DNA from: a virus
Taxonomy: Duplodnaviria; Heunggongvirae; Uroviricota; Caudoviricetes
Length of the DNA: 64,000 nucleotides
Direction: 5' to 3' (one strand)
Virus record (IMG/VR): IMGVR_UViG_3300030332_001481
Span: 291,486-355,485 of that record
Shown piece by piece: positions 28,727 through 37,643 of the stretch. The position numbers were made by a program, and so were the translations under genes. The number at the start of each line of letters is the position of its first letter. Positions within the stretch are counted from its first letter, which is position 1. Below the pieces are notes generated by a model. It saw only the letters and a list, made by a program, of their open reading frames with translations, was not told the DNA's origin and made no database searches.

Positions 28727-29148
28727 TACTATTTCCGTTTCTTGGATTCGGTCTCGCCTTGCGGCTCAACCTCTTCCGGATTTTTGGTAACGGGTTCGGT
28801 GTGGTCTTTCTAAACCACAAGTGTGAGAACCCACTACCGGATTGTTAGCGGTTAGTAGTTACCTTATTCAGTTTTCAAGGTCGGCCAGCTGGTCAGCTGC
28901 CCCGTGGCAGCTGGTGGCCTGTTTTGGGTCTGGGTGCCCAATGAGGCTGCGGTTTATTTGGGGAGGCCATCCTTGGCCTGAAAGGTAACGTAAGGCTTTG
29001 CTTCTGGTGACCCAGCGCCGTCAAGCACTGAATCGGTGGCACTGTTGCGCCTGAGACTGGAGGACGTTGTAACGTCCCGATGGTTAAAGTATAACACCGA
29101 AACCAATTGTTGTTATTCAATGGTTCCGGTGTGTTGAAGAGCGAGGGC
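28727..29148 (-). other. Long hairpin-rich intergenic region/5' leader of the capsid gene, with possible extended -10 (TGTTATACT, 29096-29088)
   Basis: About 420 nt with no convincing CDS and many stems (GGACGTT/AACGTCC, CAGCTGCC/GGCAGCTG, GTGGT/ACCAC, GGGTTC/GAACCC, GGTAAC/GTTACC). Confidence 0.45.
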
Positions 29149-29439
29149 TTACAGGAAGCGCTTTACAGCCTTGTTGTGGAGGGACCAGAGGCCGTCTTCC
29201 ACGAACTTGCGACCCACGACATGCATGCCAGCGGCGGCTCCGCTAAGCTCCGGCATGACGGTGAGTGTCTCGCTGGAGTCGGCGTAATCCACTGTGGCTT
29301 CGACGGCGGAGCTGACAGGGTCGACGGTGGTCGCGGTGATCGCCCCATCTTCCGTGTGCTCGCTCGCGTGGTAGGGAAGCTGGTAGGCTCCGTCTACAGG
29401 GGGCGCGTGCTGTGTAGGGTGGTCGATGGTGATGGGCAT
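29149..29439 (-). CDS. Hypothetical protein
   Basis: 96 aa ORF, AAGGA RBS. Confidence 0.65.
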   Translation of the reverse strand: MPITIDHPTQHAPPVDGAYQLPYHASEHTEDGAITATTVDPVSSAVEATVDYADSSETLTVMPELSGAAAGMHVVGRKFVEDGLWSLHNKAVKRFL

Positions 29440-29440
29440 G

Positions 29441-29941
29441 CTACTTTTCCTTTTCTGGGTTTGCCTTGCCTGAAACTGAGGTGGCGAACGCCTGGCAGTA
29501 TGAGATCAACTTGGGAGCGACTCGATCTAACTGAGTCGCTTTCTTCTCTGCTTCGATGAGTGACTTTTTGGCCTTGTTGGACATCGCGAGATAGAGGGAG
29601 ATCTTGATGAGCAGCCGCGTGAAGTTCTTGTGGCCACTCTTACCCAGGTAGGAGAAGTTCACGGGCACTTTCTGCGGCTCCAGGGAGCCTAACTCGGACT
29701 TCCCCACTGCGTAGTGGGCCTCGAACGACTCGAAAATACTCTCCAACTGGTCCAGGTACTGGACTTCAATCTTGGAAGGTAGGCGAACCTGCGACAGTGA
29801 CTCCCAAGCCTGCTTGAGAAAGCTCTGCACGCGTTGGTTGTGCTCAGCCACGGATCCAGAAGAGACCTGCGCCGCTTCAGCTGCGCGCATCTGTAGCTCT
29901 TCCGCGAGAATAATCAGTTGATTTGTGTACTGGTTGGTCAT
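29441..29941 (-). CDS. Hypothetical helical protein
   Basis: 166 aa ORF. Confidence 0.7.
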   Translation of the reverse strand: MTNQYTNQLIILAEELQMRAAEAAQVSSGSVAEHNQRVQSFLKQAWESLSQVRLPSKIEVQYLDQLESIFESFEAHYAVGKSELGSLEPQKVPVNFSYLGKSGHKNFTRLLIKISLYLAMSNKAKKSLIEAEKKATQLDRVAPKLISYCQAFATSVSGKANPEKEK

Positions 29942-29960
29942 GACTTACTCAACGTAGCTC

Positions 29961-31658
29961 TTAGGCTAAGACATCGGAAATCGTACTGAGCCATGCCGTG
30001 TCTGTTACTCGGCCCGCTGAGCTGATGGCCGCCCAAGTAAGATCTGTAGATCCCAACCTAACGTCGACACCCCCATTCCCAAAAACAGTTTGAACACTGT
30101 TCACTCGGAGGTAGCAGCCCTCTCTCGCGAGAATGACTCTAGTACTGGCGGTAGGTAAGGTGGTTTGTGAGACGTCCCACGGAGCTACAGTTAACATGGA
30201 GTTAGCAATAGTAGTAGACGTTGCCATAGAAACATGGTTACAATCGAGCACGTTACTTGAAATGTGAGCCACGTCAAGCTTAAGTGTGCCAGTAAAGTCG
30301 GCCGTACAGTTGAAGAGATGTGCATGCCCCCGTAGAAGGGGCGTGACCCCGTTGCCGGAGAGGCTTATCCAGATAGTATCTGACAGTTCAAGTCGAACGC
30401 CCATCAGAGCAGCACCGCGGGTCCAAAGAGTGTGGTGCCCGTTTGTAAGCGTAATAGCACCACTTACAACCCCCTCCAACTGAACTTCTGATCCGGAGTT
30501 CAGGGATGCCAACGCTCTAGTAGTAATGACGCCGCTGGTATTTCGGATGCTCGAACACCAGGTTCGCCAAAGTTCCGCTTCGTCTGGGTTAAGGCCCACC
30601 ATCTCTAGGCCAGAAAGCGGTAACGCTCCCACTGCTCCTTTACTTAACTTGAAGGAGACCCCTTGAGATAACTGAACAACACCAGAGACAGAGTCTCCTA
30701 TGCCTGCGGTACCGATAAGGTCAATATCGCAAGCACCTTGTGTGACTAGAGTTTCGAATTGAATACCAACCAAGGACAATCTATACCCTGGACTTGTTGA
30801 AACTCCTAAGTTTCCCACTCTCACGGTAGGCTCTACTACATAAAGCCTGTCTGTTGTTTGTGGTACGATTGAGAACAGTGCGTTGGCATGTGTTTGGATT
30901 GTAAGTGTCTGCCCTAATCCTTCGTGAGCCACAACGCACCCGCGCCATCTTTCCTCACCAGAAGAACCATCAAAACATCGGACCTGTCTGCCTGTATATG
31001 TATCGTCAGACTCCGCAAAAGTCCCAGGGTTAAACGTGTATATGAAGCGCCGATCTCTAGTTTCAGTTGCGACGGGGGTCAGTGGTCCCTTCAAGACATC
31101 AAACCTAGGGTCTGTTGTTGAGTTGACGGAATCTGACCAACTGGCGATGTAGATGTTCCCCCAGTACGGTACCTGACTGGAGCCAAAATCTAGATAGCCA
31201 CCGAGGCTGCTGATCTGGCTTGGAGTCTGTAAAGTCACAAGAGGCCCCAGATCGTAAGGGGCTTTTACCCAAATCACAAAGGCCTTTTCGGGTGATGATG
31301 TCGCCATTGCCAAAATGGGAACATCAGCTAGAGCCCTCTCTATCGTTTTGTAGGGGTCACTTTGTGTTCCCCTACCCTCAGCGTCACTGCCGTTAGAGGC
31401 CACATAGCGCGCGGCTGGAACAGTCTGTAGCTGAGAAAGAACAAGCGATTCGAACTCGTCGTCTTCTGTTGTGGCCGTGTTTCTAACGTTGAAGTCGATT
31501 ATTCCACGTGATCTGAGCGCTATTAGCGCTGTTGAGGACGCATCCAACTCCGTTGAGGTCAGTACGTACTCCCTCACACCACCTGCGGGCAAGGTACCTA
31601 GGTCTGCATTGATGGATACAGTAGACGAGCTTGTATTCTGTACGTACAGCAGCGGCAT
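29961..31658 (-). CDS. Head fibre/spike-like protein with DUF1565-like start and beta-helix body
   Basis: Start MPLLYV at 31658; YVASNGSDAEGRGTQSDPYKTIERAL motif, then G/S/T/V-rich beta repeats. Confidence 0.75.
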   Translation of the reverse strand: MPLLYVQNTSSSTVSINADLGTLPAGGVREYVLTSTELDASSTALIALRSRGIIDFNVRNTATTEDDEFESLVLSQLQTVPAARYVASNGSDAEGRGTQSDPYKTIERALADVPILAMATSSPEKAFVIWVKAPYDLGPLVTLQTPSQISSLGGYLDFGSSQVPYWGNIYIASWSDSVNSTTDPRFDVLKGPLTPVATETRDRRFIYTFNPGTFAESDDTYTGRQVRCFDGSSGEERWRGCVVAHEGLGQTLTIQTHANALFSIVPQTTDRLYVVEPTVRVGNLGVSTSPGYRLSLVGIQFETLVTQGACDIDLIGTAGIGDSVSGVVQLSQGVSFKLSKGAVGALPLSGLEMVGLNPDEAELWRTWCSSIRNTSGVITTRALASLNSGSEVQLEGVVSGAITLTNGHHTLWTRGAALMGVRLELSDTIWISLSGNGVTPLLRGHAHLFNCTADFTGTLKLDVAHISSNVLDCNHVSMATSTTIANSMLTVAPWDVSQTTLPTASTRVILAREGCYLRVNSVQTVFGNGGVDVRLGSTDLTWAAISSAGRVTDTAWLSTISDVLA

Positions 31659-31742
31659 ACACACAAGATAACTGGCTGGAACTGGGTGAGTTAGCCCATC
31701 CGTCAACCCTGGGCATAGTAGAGAGTATGGAGATTTCGTACC

Positions 31743-32390
31743 ATGGATGAAGTTACACTGCAGACGGTCAGCAAGGCGGCATACTGGGCCATCAAGCACC
31801 ACGATGGCCAGTGGCGCAAGGGAGGCGACGGTCCTCCCTACGTGACGCACTGCGCCCGCGTAGCAGAGACCGCAGCCCGCATGCTGGGAGACTCGTCTCC
31901 CAGACAGATGAATGGCAGACACGCCATCCAGTGTGTGGCGTGGCTGCACGACATCGTGGAGGACACTGCTGTCACGATCGAAGAGATTCGAGCGGAGTTC
32001 GGCAACACGATCGCAGAGAGTGTCGAGGCTCTGACTCTCAACGACGAGGAGCAGCGCAACTGGGAGCTGAAGCTCAAGTCGCAGATCGAGGCGGTGCAGA
32101 GTGCAAGCCACATCTCTGTTCCCATGGTCAAGCTGGCGGACAAGCACTGCAACGTGATCGACCTGGTCACCATGCCTCCGCCCAACTGGTCTCCAGAGAA
32201 GGTACTCGGATACGCAAATAGCTCTCTTCAGGTGGCAATGGAGTGCTACAAGTCGCTACTGGAGACTACTATCTGGGGTGTGTTTTCTATCAACCCGGAA
32301 GAGATCGAGGCTGTTCTGGAGGAAATGAAGGCGGCACACAAGGCCCTGGCCATTTCCCTTGTGAAGCACGTAGCGGAAGGGGTTGCGTGA
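31743..32390 (+). CDS. HD-domain hydrolase, Mesh1/SpoT-like small alarmone hydrolase family
   Basis: AIKHHDGQWRKG..PYVTH..RVA...AWLHDIVEDT...VKLADK..N..DL. Confidence 0.85.
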   Translation: MDEVTLQTVSKAAYWAIKHHDGQWRKGGDGPPYVTHCARVAETAARMLGDSSPRQMNGRHAIQCVAWLHDIVEDTAVTIEEIRAEFGNTIAESVEALTLNDEEQRNWELKLKSQIEAVQSASHISVPMVKLADKHCNVIDLVTMPPPNWSPEKVLGYANSSLQVAMECYKSLLETTIWGVFSINPEEIEAVLEEMKAAHKALAISLVKHVAEGVA

Positions 32391-32809
32391 TGGAACCGGA
32401 CGTAGCGGACAAGATCTGGCCCATGGCTTCCCCTGAGACAGTTCGTGAGAGCTTCAGGTCACTGAAGCTCTCAGAGGAAGTCACGAATATCCTGGTGGAT
32501 ATCTACACAGAGGTCCATGACGGAGTCCGTGAGTTCCTCAACCAGGACCTCTACTACGTGAACTCGGTAACCAGCAGTGAACTGGCTCCGCCTGGGTTGA
32601 CCCGTGAGCCCCCGTCAGCTGAGAACGCCCTTCAGTGGGTGGCCGACCAGACGGGTAAGGACCGGAGCGAACTACGGCTCGTCAAGATGGGGATGAACAC
32701 GTTCCGTATCGAGGTGGAAGCGGGGATTTACGACGACATCAGGTTCACCAAGCTGAACTGGTGGGCCCACCCTGATACGGTTGAGAAGCGCCGGGAGGAA
32801 ACTGAGTGA
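32390..32809 (+). CDS. Hypothetical protein
   Basis: Start MEPDV coupled to the HD gene stop. Confidence 0.7.
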   Translation: MEPDVADKIWPMASPETVRESFRSLKLSEEVTNILVDIYTEVHDGVREFLNQDLYYVNSVTSSELAPPGLTREPPSAENALQWVADQTGKDRSELRLVKMGMNTFRIEVEAGIYDDIRFTKLNWWAHPDTVEKRREETE

Positions 32810-32994
32810 TGTCAAACCACAGCGAGTTGCTCACTGCAGTCCGAGACGCACTGGCTGCGATCCATGGACCGGCGGTTAGTGTCGCCCCTCCGAGTCCGCG
32901 AGTACTGTCCCTACGGAAACAACTTCTTCAGGACCAGCCAGAGCTGACAGTGCACGGGACGGGAAGTTCGCTTCCCAGCAGGTCGAGGCGGTGA
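32806..32994 (+). CDS. Small hypothetical protein
   Basis: GTGA overlaps on both sides. Confidence 0.55.
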   Translation: MMSNHSELLTAVRDALAAIHGPAVSVAPPSPRVLSLRKQLLQDQPELTVHGTGSSLPSRSRR

Positions 32995-33431
32995 TGCAAA
33001 AAACAAAGATCCGAAGCCCTGAAGCTTATGTCAAGTTCCTTGTGGAACAACCATTCTTCCGTAGTAGGTGTGTAGAAGACATCGAGAGGTTTGCAGGTAT
33101 TGCCTTCGCTTACGTGACCGATGGCAAAGTCATCTACCCAGCAGCCGACGACTTTCCTGAGGAGGACGAGCCGCTGGTCGATGACGCTAAGGTAGATTTC
33201 TCACAATTCAAGCTTGCACGTCGCGGTAATGACGACTACTGCTGGCCCGAACAGTTTCCATGTCTCGTGGTCTCTCTACTAGAGGATGGTCACGACAGGG
33301 CAGGCAAGTTCGGTATCGCGGCAGTGGAGTTCGTCTACCCCAGTGATGTCGACTTCACCGAGCGCGTTCGCCTGACCGATCCGTTAGGCATTGAGTGGTT
33401 TGGCCTCCAACTTTCGGTATGTCGCAAATGA
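32991..33431 (+). CDS. Hypothetical protein
   Basis: 146 aa coupled ORF. Confidence 0.7.
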   Translation: MMQKTKIRSPEAYVKFLVEQPFFRSRCVEDIERFAGIAFAYVTDGKVIYPAADDFPEEDEPLVDDAKVDFSQFKLARRGNDDYCWPEQFPCLVVSLLEDGHDRAGKFGIAAVEFVYPSDVDFTERVRLTDPLGIEWFGLQLSVCRK

Positions 33432-33664
33432 ATGAAGTAGAGAAGCTGATGGTAGATCTTCTGGACGTGACAGCTCCCCAGATGGTGATCGAAATCCTAG
33501 AGGACATAGAAGAGCGACTAAATCTACTGGCAGAGAGCGAGGATTCGTTTTCACTGGAGATGAACCCTGGGCTGGTGCGAATGTTCCAGGAGCGTCTATC
33601 AGAACTAGAGCACGGAGAACTTGTGCCCCTGTGCGCCAATATTAGATACTACCTGGGTTGCTGA
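33428..33664 (+). CDS. Small acidic hypothetical protein
   Basis: ATGA overlap at 33428. Confidence 0.65.
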   Translation: MNEVEKLMVDLLDVTAPQMVIEILEDIEERLNLLAESEDSFSLEMNPGLVRMFQERLSELEHGELVPLCANIRYYLGC

Positions 33665-34290
33665 TGCAAATACTTGACTGGCTCGATAAACTCTACAAGA
33701 AGTCAACCCCAGGCGAATGGATACACACCGGGGATGTTACTCCTCGCGCCATTGACTGGCATGACGCTCCTGATGGGCACGATCCCACGTCGGTAGTGGA
33801 ATCTGAAGAAGACGCTCTGTTCCTCGTTACCCTTCGCAATGTGTTCCCACAACTGATGGAAGTGGTCCGAGCAGCCGAAGAGCTGAATCTACAGGCGAAG
33901 GACTCAGACCTTAAGGATGCGCTCTCTAACCTGGAGATGAAACTGCGGGAAGAGAGCGAAAAGCATGAGTGTCCGGGCTGCGAAGGGGAAGACTTCATCT
34001 CATCTAACCGTGCGGGTGCCGAGTGCATGAACCCCAGCTGCGAGTACTATAGCCAGCCGTTTACCCTCAGCGAGATAACGTGCGAAGTAAAACGACGCCT
34101 CAGGCTCATCCTACTCAGAGGGGAGTCAGATCCATTCCCACAGTTCGAATCAACGTTCAAGGGATGGATGGTGTCTCAGGCGTCTCCTACAGTTATTAGG
34201 TGGTCACGAGGGGAAGAGCACTTTGACTTTCCCCTGGAAGTTCCAAACTTTCCTACGGAAGTACTGAGGTCCGATAAGCCGGTAACATGA
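33664..34290 (+). CDS. Ead/Ea22-like N-terminus plus zinc ribbon
   Basis: KSTPGEW...DALFLVTLRNVFPQL; CPGC...CMNPSC. Confidence 0.6.
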   Translation: MQILDWLDKLYKKSTPGEWIHTGDVTPRAIDWHDAPDGHDPTSVVESEEDALFLVTLRNVFPQLMEVVRAAEELNLQAKDSDLKDALSNLEMKLREESEKHECPGCEGEDFISSNRAGAECMNPSCEYYSQPFTLSEITCEVKRRLRLILLRGESDPFPQFESTFKGWMVSQASPTVIRWSRGEEHFDFPLEVPNFPTEVLRSDKPVT

Positions 34291-35855
34291 ATTCCCCCTG
34301 TGACGAAGTAGAGAAGTACCAGAAGAAGCTAGACCTGCTCTCACCGGGCAGGTTTCGCATTTTGGAGCTTGTTGCCGTAACCAGGTACGGAAAAGCCCGC
34401 AATATCCAGCGCAGGTTCCGTTTCCGCGACGTTCAAACCGGAGCTGAGTTCGAGTACTACTGGCACAAGATCCAGGCCGAACTTAAGAAGAACCCGGAGA
34501 AGACTTTCCAAACGGAGGACACCCGGTCCGACACGGAGAAGTATCAGGAGCAGCTGGATGACCTGGCTCCCAGAAGGTTCTCCGTACTTCAATGCTTCAA
34601 CAAGCAGCCTAGCCCTGAGAGCCGGAGCCGCAAGTACGTCAGAGTCCAAGACTCCAAGTACTCTACGGAGTTCGACTACGACATTGGAGCACTGAAGCAG
34701 GAGCTGAGGGCTAACCCTGACTCGCGCTTCTTCGTCGAAGAGTTCTGCGAGAAGGACTTCACGTCCGAAACTCAGTCCAAATTTGACGTCCTGTCGCCGG
34801 GGAGACTGAGGATACTGGGCGCACGACGCACGGGTCCTCCATACAAGTACGAGATTGACTTCATCGACACCTGGTCATGGCGAAAGTGGGAGGGTGAGAA
34901 CCCATACACGTGGATCCGAGGACTGACCGAGGACCCCGAGTACTCCCGCCAGGAGGCCATTGAGCTGGAGGGTAAGACCCTGCCGCAGATTGCGGAAGAG
35001 CACGGCTACAGTCGGGCGCACATCCACAAGCTATACAAGAAGTGGGGCGATGACTTCATCGACTACCTGAAGCCCCATGCTCCCTACTCACCGCTGGAGG
35101 TGCTGGTACAGGGGTGGCTTGATGGAGAAGAGGTGGTCCTAGGCAAGAAGCTCGACGGTACCAACATCTTCCCAGACGTATATCTGCCGCAGCACAACCT
35201 GGCGGTGGAGTGCGATGGTCTGTACTGGCACTGCGATCGCTTCCGCGACAGGCGTTACCACTTCGAGCGCCGACAGACCTACGAGTCAGTAGGAGTCAGG
35301 GCCCTCTTCTTCCGAGAAGATGAGCTGCTGGAAAAGCCGGAGATCTGCCAGGGCATTCTACAGAACGCGCTGGGAAGGAGCCGTAGGGTGTTCGCCCGTA
35401 AGACCACGCTCGGCAGTGCTCCACCCTCTTTCTTTGAGAAGAACCACCTCATGGGTAAAGGAAGTGGCCGAGGCTACGGTCTGTACCACGACGGGGACCT
35501 GGTAGCGGGGATGAGAGTTCGATGGGTTTCAAAGTCTCAGAGACAGCTCGACGTCTCTCGGTTCTGCACCAAGCTGGGTGTATCCGTTGTGGGTGGTTGG
35601 TCCAAGCTACTCAAGCACGTCATTGGCCAGGAAGACCCTTCATCCATTCGTACCTTCGTAGACATGAGGTACGGAACAGGGGCCTACCTAGAAAAGATGG
35701 GGTGGAAGCTGGAGTCTTGCCACGCCAGCTTCAACTGGACGAAGGGGATGGAGTCGTTGCACCGGCTACGCTACCCTGGGAGTTCTGGGTATGAGGCGGG
35801 GTACCGAAAGATATGGGACTGCGGGCAAGCCAAATGGGTGTTGCAGGTGAATTAG
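34287..35855 (+). CDS. Modular homing-endonuclease-like protein C
   Basis: Three N-terminal repeats of about 65 aa, HTH (TLPQIAEEHGYSR), PDVYLPQHNLAVECDGLYWH, C-terminal RKIWDCGQAKW. Confidence 0.8.
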   Translation: MNSPCDEVEKYQKKLDLLSPGRFRILELVAVTRYGKARNIQRRFRFRDVQTGAEFEYYWHKIQAELKKNPEKTFQTEDTRSDTEKYQEQLDDLAPRRFSVLQCFNKQPSPESRSRKYVRVQDSKYSTEFDYDIGALKQELRANPDSRFFVEEFCEKDFTSETQSKFDVLSPGRLRILGARRTGPPYKYEIDFIDTWSWRKWEGENPYTWIRGLTEDPEYSRQEAIELEGKTLPQIAEEHGYSRAHIHKLYKKWGDDFIDYLKPHAPYSPLEVLVQGWLDGEEVVLGKKLDGTNIFPDVYLPQHNLAVECDGLYWHCDRFRDRRYHFERRQTYESVGVRALFFREDELLEKPEICQGILQNALGRSRRVFARKTTLGSAPPSFFEKNHLMGKGSGRGYGLYHDGDLVAGMRVRWVSKSQRQLDVSRFCTKLGVSVVGGWSKLLKHVIGQEDPSSIRTFVDMRYGTGAYLEKMGWKLESCHASFNWTKGMESLHRLRYPGSSGYEAGYRKIWDCGQAKWVLQVN

Positions 35856-35887
35856 AAAAGGCCGGGTCGAAAGACCCGGCCTTTTCT
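35854..35887. terminator. Bidirectional intrinsic terminator
   Basis: AGAAAAGGCCGGGTC-GAAA-GACCCGGCCTTTTCT between convergent genes. Confidence 0.9.
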
Positions 35888-35910
35888 TTAGGTACTAAGA
35901 CCTAGTGGGC

Positions 35911-36615
35911 TCAGCTCTTCTTGACACCGAGCATGGCATCGCCAACGCTCGGGACCTTGGAGCAGAAACCGATCTCTGTTCCACCGGCAGCGCTGGTCAC
36001 GAGACCCGCGGCGCCAGTGTAGAGGGCGCCGCCCACTGCGTACGCCTGTGAAGAGTCGTACACTGTGGTGAAGATCTCGAACTCAGACCCGTCACCGATC
36101 ACGGATACCTGCGAAAACAGCTCCTGTGCTCGGTTGTTGATGCTACGCTCGTGCTCAGTCGCAAGGATCTCGGCGAGGGTGGGCTGGTAGCGGTAGTAGA
36201 TGGTGACGGTCTCACCAGCCTGGGCCGCATTGAATTCAGCGGTACCCGCGGAGTCATCCACGGAGTACTGACCTGCGGCGGGCGGACTCGCCGCCTCGGT
36301 AAGCGCACCTGAAGTGCTCGCTACTGCGTAAGTGCTCCCAGCAACAAGGCTGGAATGGGCGAGGGTGGAGGTGCCACCGCCGGTCGGGACCACAAGCTCC
36401 TCCACCACCGGAGCGGTGACGTAGCTCATGCTGTCGGTAAGGGCGAAGCCCGCGAAACGCTCACCGCCAGCACCAGCGGACGGCTGAACCGCCATGGTGC
36501 CGTCGCCAGCGTCAACGTAGACGAGGCACTGGGCCTCCTCTGTGATCGTCGCGCCGGCCGCAAGGGGACGCTCGCGAAGATCGTTGTGGTAACCACGTGT
36601 AAGATCGAATGCCAT
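35911..36615 (-). CDS. Putative capsid decoration/cement protein
   Basis: A/G/T/S-rich; AGFAL...YAVGGALYTGAAGLVT...IGFCSKVP pattern typical of decoration proteins; follows the scaffold-like gene. Confidence 0.7.
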   Translation of the reverse strand: MAFDLTRGYHNDLRERPLAAGATITEEAQCLVYVDAGDGTMAVQPSAGAGGERFAGFALTDSMSYVTAPVVEELVVPTGGGTSTLAHSSLVAGSTYAVASTSGALTEAASPPAAGQYSVDDSAGTAEFNAAQAGETVTIYYRYQPTLAEILATEHERSINNRAQELFSQVSVIGDGSEFEIFTTVYDSSQAYAVGGALYTGAAGLVTSAAGGTEIGFCSKVPSVGDAMLGVKKS

Positions 36616-36644
36616 GATTGATTTCCTCTAGAAAGGTAGTTGGT

Positions 36645-37577
36645 TTAGCGACGCATTGAAAGCTTCATCTTAGCCTTCAAGCTCGCCTTGTCGTCGACCT
36701 CCGCGTTGCCCTCGAAAGCGGCGTCACGGTAGGTGTGAAGTGGAACATTGTGGATGTTTGCCGCCGGGATGTTCTCGGCAGCAGCGACCACGGGTGTACG
36801 GTGAGAGAAGCCACGGATCTGCTCCTCAAGCTCAGCAAGAGCCTCAGGCTGAAGATCCATCCACTTTGAAGCCTGCTTGAAGCACGCCTCAAAGTGGTCC
36901 GCCGCCTTGGCCTGGTAGGCCGCCTCGATGATCGAAACGGCACGACTGTTGTCTACGCCAGCATCAGTCATCCGGGTGAACATCTCCTCCTTGAGGGGGT
37001 TCGCCTGGATGAAGTTCTTCGACTGTGCGTGAACAACAAGGTTCAGGAGGTTGAGCATGTTGTCGCGAAGATCGGCCTTCGCCTTGCGAAGCTCGGCCTT
37101 CGCCTCCGCCTTTACCGACGCCTCTACCTGGCGGTACGCATCAGCACCCGCGACAGCCGCCACGTAGGGACGACCACGGACACCAGCGAGAACCTCCTGG
37201 AAGGAGAAGCGACGAGCCGCCTCACGGACAGAATCCGCGTACTGCTCGGTGACAAAGAGGGAAGCAACCTTCTCCGGCTCCTCCTGGTCGCGGAGACGAA
37301 TCTCACCGACCGGGCGGCCATCAGCAAGAACGATCCAGTGAGGATCCTGAGACTCAGCGCCAAGAAGGAGCATGTCCAGGTGAGCGTTCTTCTCGATGGA
37401 AGAGGGGTTGACAACGGGAGCCACCATCTCAGCAGGTACCGCGGACGCGGGGGAACTTGCGGGGGTGGGGGCTGTGGCTTCATGAGACTGAGTGCTCGCT
37501 ACCTCGGCAGCCTTGCGCGCGGCAATACGCTGCTGACGAGCTGCTCTTAAGGCTTCTGCGTCGTGCTTTTTAGCCAT
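36645..37577 (-). CDS. Putative scaffolding/prohead core protein
   Basis: Ala-rich, coiled-coil C-half, located between protease and decoration genes. Confidence 0.6.
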   Translation of the reverse strand: MAKKHDAEALRAARQQRIAARKAAEVASTQSHEATAPTPASSPASAVPAEMVAPVVNPSSIEKNAHLDMLLLGAESQDPHWIVLADGRPVGEIRLRDQEEPEKVASLFVTEQYADSVREAARRFSFQEVLAGVRGRPYVAAVAGADAYRQVEASVKAEAKAELRKAKADLRDNMLNLLNLVVHAQSKNFIQANPLKEEMFTRMTDAGVDNSRAVSIIEAAYQAKAADHFEACFKQASKWMDLQPEALAELEEQIRGFSHRTPVVAAAENIPAANIHNVPLHTYRDAAFEGNAEVDDKASLKAKMKLSMRR

Positions 37578-37643
37578 TGTAGTATTTTCCATTATGGGCC
37601 GTAGAGCATTTGTCCAGAGGCGCAATCAGACACCATTGTCTTA

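Noticed and set aside
31659-32147. N-terminal extension of the 728 aa track ORF
   Set aside because: Antisense to the HD hydrolase; paralogy with 58279-58653 places the start at 31658.
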